Below are positions 59,889 to 64,000 of a DNA stretch of 64,000 bases, piece by piece. The translations under genes were made by a program, and so were the position numbers. Below the pieces are notes generated by a model. It was not told the origin of the DNA and ran no database searches. It worked only from the letters and a program-made list of their open reading frames with translations. Origin of the DNA: a virus; IMG/VR virus record IMGVR_UViG_3300026076_000002. The stretch is one strand, 5' to 3'. Position 1 is the stretch's first letter, and each line of letters begins with the position of its first letter.

Positions 59889-60256
59889 TGGAACTAAATG
59901 AAAGACTAGGTGGTAAGGGATACTCTAAGCAGGCTGCTGCTAGTTCAGTTTATCGTGGTAAGAAAAGTACTGGTGACTGGCCCGATTCTGATAGAGGACA
60001 GGGTAATAAGGCAGCGAGACGTGCTGGTAAGACTGTTAAAGCAAAGAGTCCTACCTATACAGCATATGTTAAGAATAAAAAGATTAAAGAAACATCAAAT
60101 TTAAAGAATGAGTTGATTGCTGGAGCACAGGCAAGGCATCAGCAAGCTAAAACTTTTAAACAGTTTCGTAGACAGGCAAATAAATCATCATTAAAGAAGG
60201 GTGAAGTACGTACTCTTGATAAGAGAACTGGTAAATGGAGAAGTAACAAAGGTTAA
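59888..60256 (+). CDS. Basic protein sharing a module with the 57611 protein
   Basis: LNE then RLGG; RGQGNKAARRAG (cf. RGEGNKAKRRAG); KTFKQF; LKKGEV. Confidence 0.65.
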   Translation: MELNERLGGKGYSKQAAASSVYRGKKSTGDWPDSDRGQGNKAARRAGKTVKAKSPTYTAYVKNKKIKETSNLKNELIAGAQARHQQAKTFKQFRRQANKSSLKKGEVRTLDKRTGKWRSNKG

Positions 60257-60289
60257 CTTCCTATATACATTGATCGAATATGTAAATCA

Positions 60290-60484
60290 ATGTTTTCATT
60301 TTTACTACCATTTGCATCACAAATCATAAGTGATGCAGTGGACAAGATACCTGAGAATGAAGAGCTCGGTGAAAAACTCATCGATATCTGCATTAAAATA
60401 CTTAAGAAAGCCGTAAAGTTAACTAAGACTGACATGGATGATAAGTTATTGGAACAGGTAGAGGCAGCCATTAAGGCTCGCTAA
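60290..60484 (+). CDS. Conserved small hypothetical protein
   Basis: MFSFLLPFA...TKTDMDDKLL. Confidence 0.7.
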   Translation: MFSFLLPFASQIISDAVDKIPENEELGEKLIDICIKILKKAVKLTKTDMDDKLLEQVEAAIKAR

Positions 60485-60520
60485 CATAAATAATTTAACT
60501 TAAAATAAGAAGGAATTCAC

Positions 60521-61087
60521 ATGGCACTCTGGGGAGTAACAGACGGATCTGAAGCTAAGCCTAAGAACCTTACTACAGACGAAAAGAAAGAAGTCTATGC
60601 TACTGAAAGTGGGTGGACTCGTGAAGCAGGCTCCGTATGGAGTGGTAATGGTAATACTAACGCTGATCCAGAATTACTGGTAGCAGTTAGTGGCCTTGCC
60701 GTTTCACTTGGTGCAGCAAACTTGACTGACATTGAGTTTATTAGTACAGCATTTGACAAGTCAGAAGGTGGAACACTACAGGTAAGAGCAAGATTTAATG
60801 AATCAGTTGATGTAACAGGTACACCACAACTTACAGTGGTTAACGATACAAATGCCAATCATACATTGTCATATGGATCAGGATCAGGTACAGCAGCATT
60901 AACATTCTTACTAATAATTGCTGGTGGTAGCAATGCAACTGATGATGGTGACGTACTATCAATTGGAACAAATGCTATATCACTGAATGGTGGAACTATT
61001 AAGGATAAGGGTACTAATACTGCCTCTACTATAACTAATGTTGCTTCAATAGGTACTGCTGCTGGAACAATAACTGTAACTGCATAA
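60521..61087 (+). CDS. Probable structural protein (Ig-like/beta-rich)
   Basis: MALWG start; ATAAATA at 60486; FNESVDVTGTPQL...LSYGSGSGT...LNGGTIKD. Confidence 0.65.
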   Translation: MALWGVTDGSEAKPKNLTTDEKKEVYATESGWTREAGSVWSGNGNTNADPELLVAVSGLAVSLGAANLTDIEFISTAFDKSEGGTLQVRARFNESVDVTGTPQLTVVNDTNANHTLSYGSGSGTAALTFLLIIAGGSNATDDGDVLSIGTNAISLNGGTIKDKGTNTASTITNVASIGTAAGTITVTA

Positions 61088-61094
61088 CATGTAA

Positions 61095-61466
61095 ATGAGA
61101 TTTGATGAATTGAATGAGGATAACCATCTCCTCTTTGCTATTAAATACTATGAAAATCCACATGCCTCTACAGTAGAGGACTTTGAGGAAGACCTTAAAA
61201 GGTTCAAGTATATTAAACGGCTACTAAAGAAGTACCTTACACAAGGCGACTTGAAGCATCATTTGATTCTAAATCATTTGACTATATGTTTTAATGTATT
61301 CGGTGAAGCTACTATACCACTTCTATTCTATAAGATTGAGAAGGAATACTGGACGTTGATTAAGACGTTCCTACTATTCCTTAATAGGATACCTGAGTAC
61401 CCACATACAGGACTCATGGACTTACCTACACATGAGGAATGCCACAACATCTTAAATGATCTCTAA
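61095..61466 (+). CDS. Conserved T4-like hypothetical protein
   Basis: FAIKYYENP...FEEDLKRFKYIKRL...LILNH...NVFG. Confidence 0.75.
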   Translation: MRFDELNEDNHLLFAIKYYENPHASTVEDFEEDLKRFKYIKRLLKKYLTQGDLKHHLILNHLTICFNVFGEATIPLLFYKIEKEYWTLIKTFLLFLNRIPEYPHTGLMDLPTHEECHNILNDL

Positions 61467-61657
61467 TGGATGAGCAAAAGTTACAGTGGATAATAAATAT
61501 CATTAGGGAAGAAGTTCCAACTAATGCTATTTCTCATGGGAACATTGCTGGTGACAGAGAACACACAGGCGATGACCCACCCATCCGTAACAAAAAGAAA
61601 AAGCGTTACATCTATGGCGGTCCCCGTTCACGTACGGCATGGATGAAGGATGGATGA
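61466..61657 (+). CDS. Small hypothetical protein
   Basis: IREEVPTNA...GNIAG, then a basic tail. Confidence 0.6.
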   Translation: MDEQKLQWIINIIREEVPTNAISHGNIAGDREHTGDDPPIRNKKKKRYIYGGPRSRTAWMKDG

Positions 61658-62027
61658 GTCTAACTCAGCATTAATACAACGACTGGAAAAGGTCATTGAT
61701 ACTTTAAGTGAGAACTCCATTAAAATGGGGCAGATGCTTGCTGTTCATGACGAGAAATTAGATAAGCAAGATAGAATAGATGCAGTATTGTTTGAGAAAG
61801 TTGAGAGTCTCCATCGTGCTCTTGATCGTGAAACCGAATTAATAAAGAAAGGATGTGAAAGAGATATACGAAAGGTTGATGACCGCCTCAGAGTCATGGA
61901 AAAGAAAATGTGGTCTATATTTGGTGCTCTTAGTATTATTTCGGTGATAGTGAGTCCAATTGGGGGAAGGCTGATATCCAATATGTTGACCCCACCTACT
62001 TCAGCTGATATAATAGTCGTACCGTAG
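61650..62027 (+). CDS. Coiled-coil protein with a C-terminal TM helix
   Basis: MLAVHDEKL...RLRVMEKKMW followed by a hydrophobic helix. Confidence 0.65.
   Translation: MDESNSALIQRLEKVIDTLSENSIKMGQMLAVHDEKLDKQDRIDAVLFEKVESLHRALDRETELIKKGCERDIRKVDDRLRVMEKKMWSIFGALSIISVIVSPIGGRLISNMLTPPTSADIIVVP
61986..62014 (+). promoter_or_regulatory. Sigma70-like promoter for g61/nrdA
   Basis: TTGACC-17-TATAAT with TGn. Confidence 0.7.
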
Positions 62028-62037
62028 TTCTTTTGTC

Positions 62038-63060
62038 GTGATTTACATTGACTCAAAGTACATTGGGTTGGTGTCTGCACGTCTACAGAAGTTTTCCAAG
62101 GTAAAACCCACCCTTTATAATTTTAGATGTCCCTATTGTGGTGACTCTAAGAAACATAAGAATAAGGCAAGGGGTTATCTATACCAGAGGAAACAAGATT
62201 TCAATTACAAATGCCACAACTGTGGTATGTCTAGATCCTTCACGAATTTTCTGAAGGATATGGATAAAGAATTACATTCCAAGTACCTTCTAGAAAGATA
62301 TAGAGAAGGTTTAACTGGTAAAGGATCTGTAGCACCTGAACCTAAGTTCACATTCAAACAACCTAAGTTTGAAAAGAAGGTAAAGATTAATTTACCTAAA
62401 GCTACAGAAAGTAAGGTTGCTTCTGACTACCTACGTGGTAGGAAGTTGGATCCTGATAAATTTTATTATGCAGAAAAGTTTAAAGAGTTCTGTAATTCAT
62501 TAAAGAAAACCTTTAATGATACAACAAGAGATCATGGAAGAATAATTATTCCTTTCTATGATTCAGATGGTAAACTGTTAGGGTTTCAAGGTAGGTCTTT
62601 AAGTCCTTATCAGACACCTAAATATCTTACCATCATGCTAAATGATTCTTACCCTAAAGTATATGGACTCGATAAAATCAGAAGAGATGCTACAGTCTTC
62701 ATTACAGAAGGACCGTTCGACAGCACACTCATTCGCAATTCGATTGCTATGTGTGGAGCTGACGGTAATCCTAGGGATTGGGGCATTAGCGATGCTGTTT
62801 GGGTATACGATAACGAACCACGAAATGAAGAAATTGTATCAAGAATCTCCAAGCTTATCTCAAGTAAGCAAAAGGTAGTCATCTGGCCTAATAATATACG
62901 ACAAAAAGATATCAATGATATGATATTATCTGGACTAAACGTCCAATTAATGATAGAATCTAACACATACTCTGGGTTAGAAGCAGAACTTCAACTAAAT
63001 TACTGGAAACGCAATGAGCATAACGGTCAAAAAAAGAAACGGAACTACCGAACAACTTAA
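62038..63060 (+). CDS. g61: DNA primase gp61
   Basis: NFRCPYCGDS...KCHNC zinc finger, GFQGR, TEGPFDS, DNEPRN, KDINDM. Confidence 0.96.
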   Translation: MIYIDSKYIGLVSARLQKFSKVKPTLYNFRCPYCGDSKKHKNKARGYLYQRKQDFNYKCHNCGMSRSFTNFLKDMDKELHSKYLLERYREGLTGKGSVAPEPKFTFKQPKFEKKVKINLPKATESKVASDYLRGRKLDPDKFYYAEKFKEFCNSLKKTFNDTTRDHGRIIIPFYDSDGKLLGFQGRSLSPYQTPKYLTIMLNDSYPKVYGLDKIRRDATVFITEGPFDSTLIRNSIAMCGADGNPRDWGISDAVWVYDNEPRNEEIVSRISKLISSKQKVVIWPNNIRQKDINDMILSGLNVQLMIESNTYSGLEAELQLNYWKRNEHNGQKKKRNYRTT

Positions 63061-64000
63061 TCTAGAGAAAATGCATGTCATGGTTGACCGTGCATGTGAA
63101 GGATTGGCAGGGGTTTCTGCTAGTCAAGTTGAGATCAATTCAGGTATCCAATTCTATGACGGTATCACTACTGAGGAGATACAGGAGATCTTAGTAAAGT
63201 CTGCTAATGATTTGATATCATTAGATCATCCAAATTATCAATTTGTAGCTTCAAGATTGTTACTTTTTAGTGTCAGGAAAAGTTTATATGGTAGGATATC
63301 CGAGATACCAGACCTCCTTACACACATACATACCTGTATAGACAAAGGGGTTTACGATTCAAAAATACTTAACAAATATTTACCATCTGAGATTCAAAAA
63401 ATCTCTGGATTTGTTGATCATGATAGAGATTATTTGTTTACATATGCTGGTCTTAGGCAGGTAGCAGATAAGTATTTGGTACAGGATCGTAGCACAGGTC
63501 AGGTGTTTGAAACACCGCAGCACATGTACATCATGATTGCTGCTACTTTGTTTGCAGATTATCCACACGAAACTAGGTTAGATTATGTCAGACGCTACTA
63601 CGAAGCAATCTCAAAACACAGAATCAACATCCCAACACCAGTCATGGCGGGAGTACGAACACCCATTCGTCAATTTGCATCTTGTGTTCTGGTTGATCTT
63701 GATGACACCCTCGATAGTATCTTTAGCAGTGACATGGCTATTGGCAAATATGTCGCACAGAGGGCTGGTATCGGTATTAACGCAGGTAGAATCAGGGGAA
63801 TCAATTCTAAGATCAGGGGCGGAGAAGTTCAGCACACAGGTGTTATCCCCTTCCTTAAAAAACTTGAGTCAACTGTCAGATGCTGTACGCAAAACGGTAT
63901 TAGAGGAGGATCAGCTACTGTCCACTTTCCTATCTGGCATCAGGAAATCCAAGACATCCTCGTCCTCAAAAACAACAAAGGAACAGAAGACAACCGAGTC
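63014..64000 (+). CDS. nrdA: Ribonucleotide reductase class Ia alpha subunit (truncated at the window end)
   Basis: MSITVKKRNG ATP cone; KYLVQDR, ETPQ, PTPVMAGVRT, QFASCVL, QNGIRGGSAT. Confidence 0.96.
   Translation, partial: MSITVKKRNGTTEQLNLEKMHVMVDRACEGLAGVSASQVEINSGIQFYDGITTEEIQEILVKSANDLISLDHPNYQFVASRLLLFSVRKSLYGRISEIPDLLTHIHTCIDKGVYDSKILNKYLPSEIQKISGFVDHDRDYLFTYAGLRQVADKYLVQDRSTGQVFETPQHMYIMIAATLFADYPHETRLDYVRRYYEAISKHRINIPTPVMAGVRTPIRQFASCVLVDLDDTLDSIFSSDMAIGKYVAQRAGIGINAGRIRGINSKIRGGEVQHTGVIPFLKKLESTVRCCTQNGIRGGSATVHFPIWHQEIQDILVLKNNKGTEDNRV

Noticed and set aside
20398-64000. Introns, inteins or homing endonucleases in g17, g20, g23, g43, g41 or nrdA
   Set aside because: These ORFs are continuous and of ordinary length; I saw no intein, HNH or GIY-YIG motifs.

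Overview
A 64-kb segment of a T4-like marine cyanomyovirus genome. The AT-rich sequence and the pebS, ho1, hli and psbN genes point to a Prochlorococcus-type host (inference). In order, the window holds: a large baseplate/tail protein and fibre-like genes; an accessory island (five sulfotransferase-like P-loop ORFs, a SAM methyltransferase, a ferritin-like di-iron protein, pebS); the neck, tail, terminase and head genes g13-g23; g3, uvsY, uvsW, g55, g47, g46; a porin-like gene and an hli cluster; g45, g44, dam, ho1, an amidinotransferase-like gene, g62, regA, hsp20, g43, psbN, uvsX, g41, mazG and an N4C/N6A methyltransferase; a block of basic modular proteins; g61; and the start of nrdA. The most striking signal is a complete dnaX-type -1 ribosomal frameshift cassette at 58577-58634 (internal GGAG, 10 nt, A_AAA_AAG, stop, 7 nt to a 9-bp hairpin). 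It would fuse two apparently separate hypothetical ORFs into a ~679-aa Lys/Arg-rich modular protein. It sits in a late-promoter block whose products look like capsid-targeted, prohead-protease-processed internal proteins. I found no tRNA, rRNA, CRISPR array or mobile element. All protein calls rest on motif recognition and synteny, not database searches.
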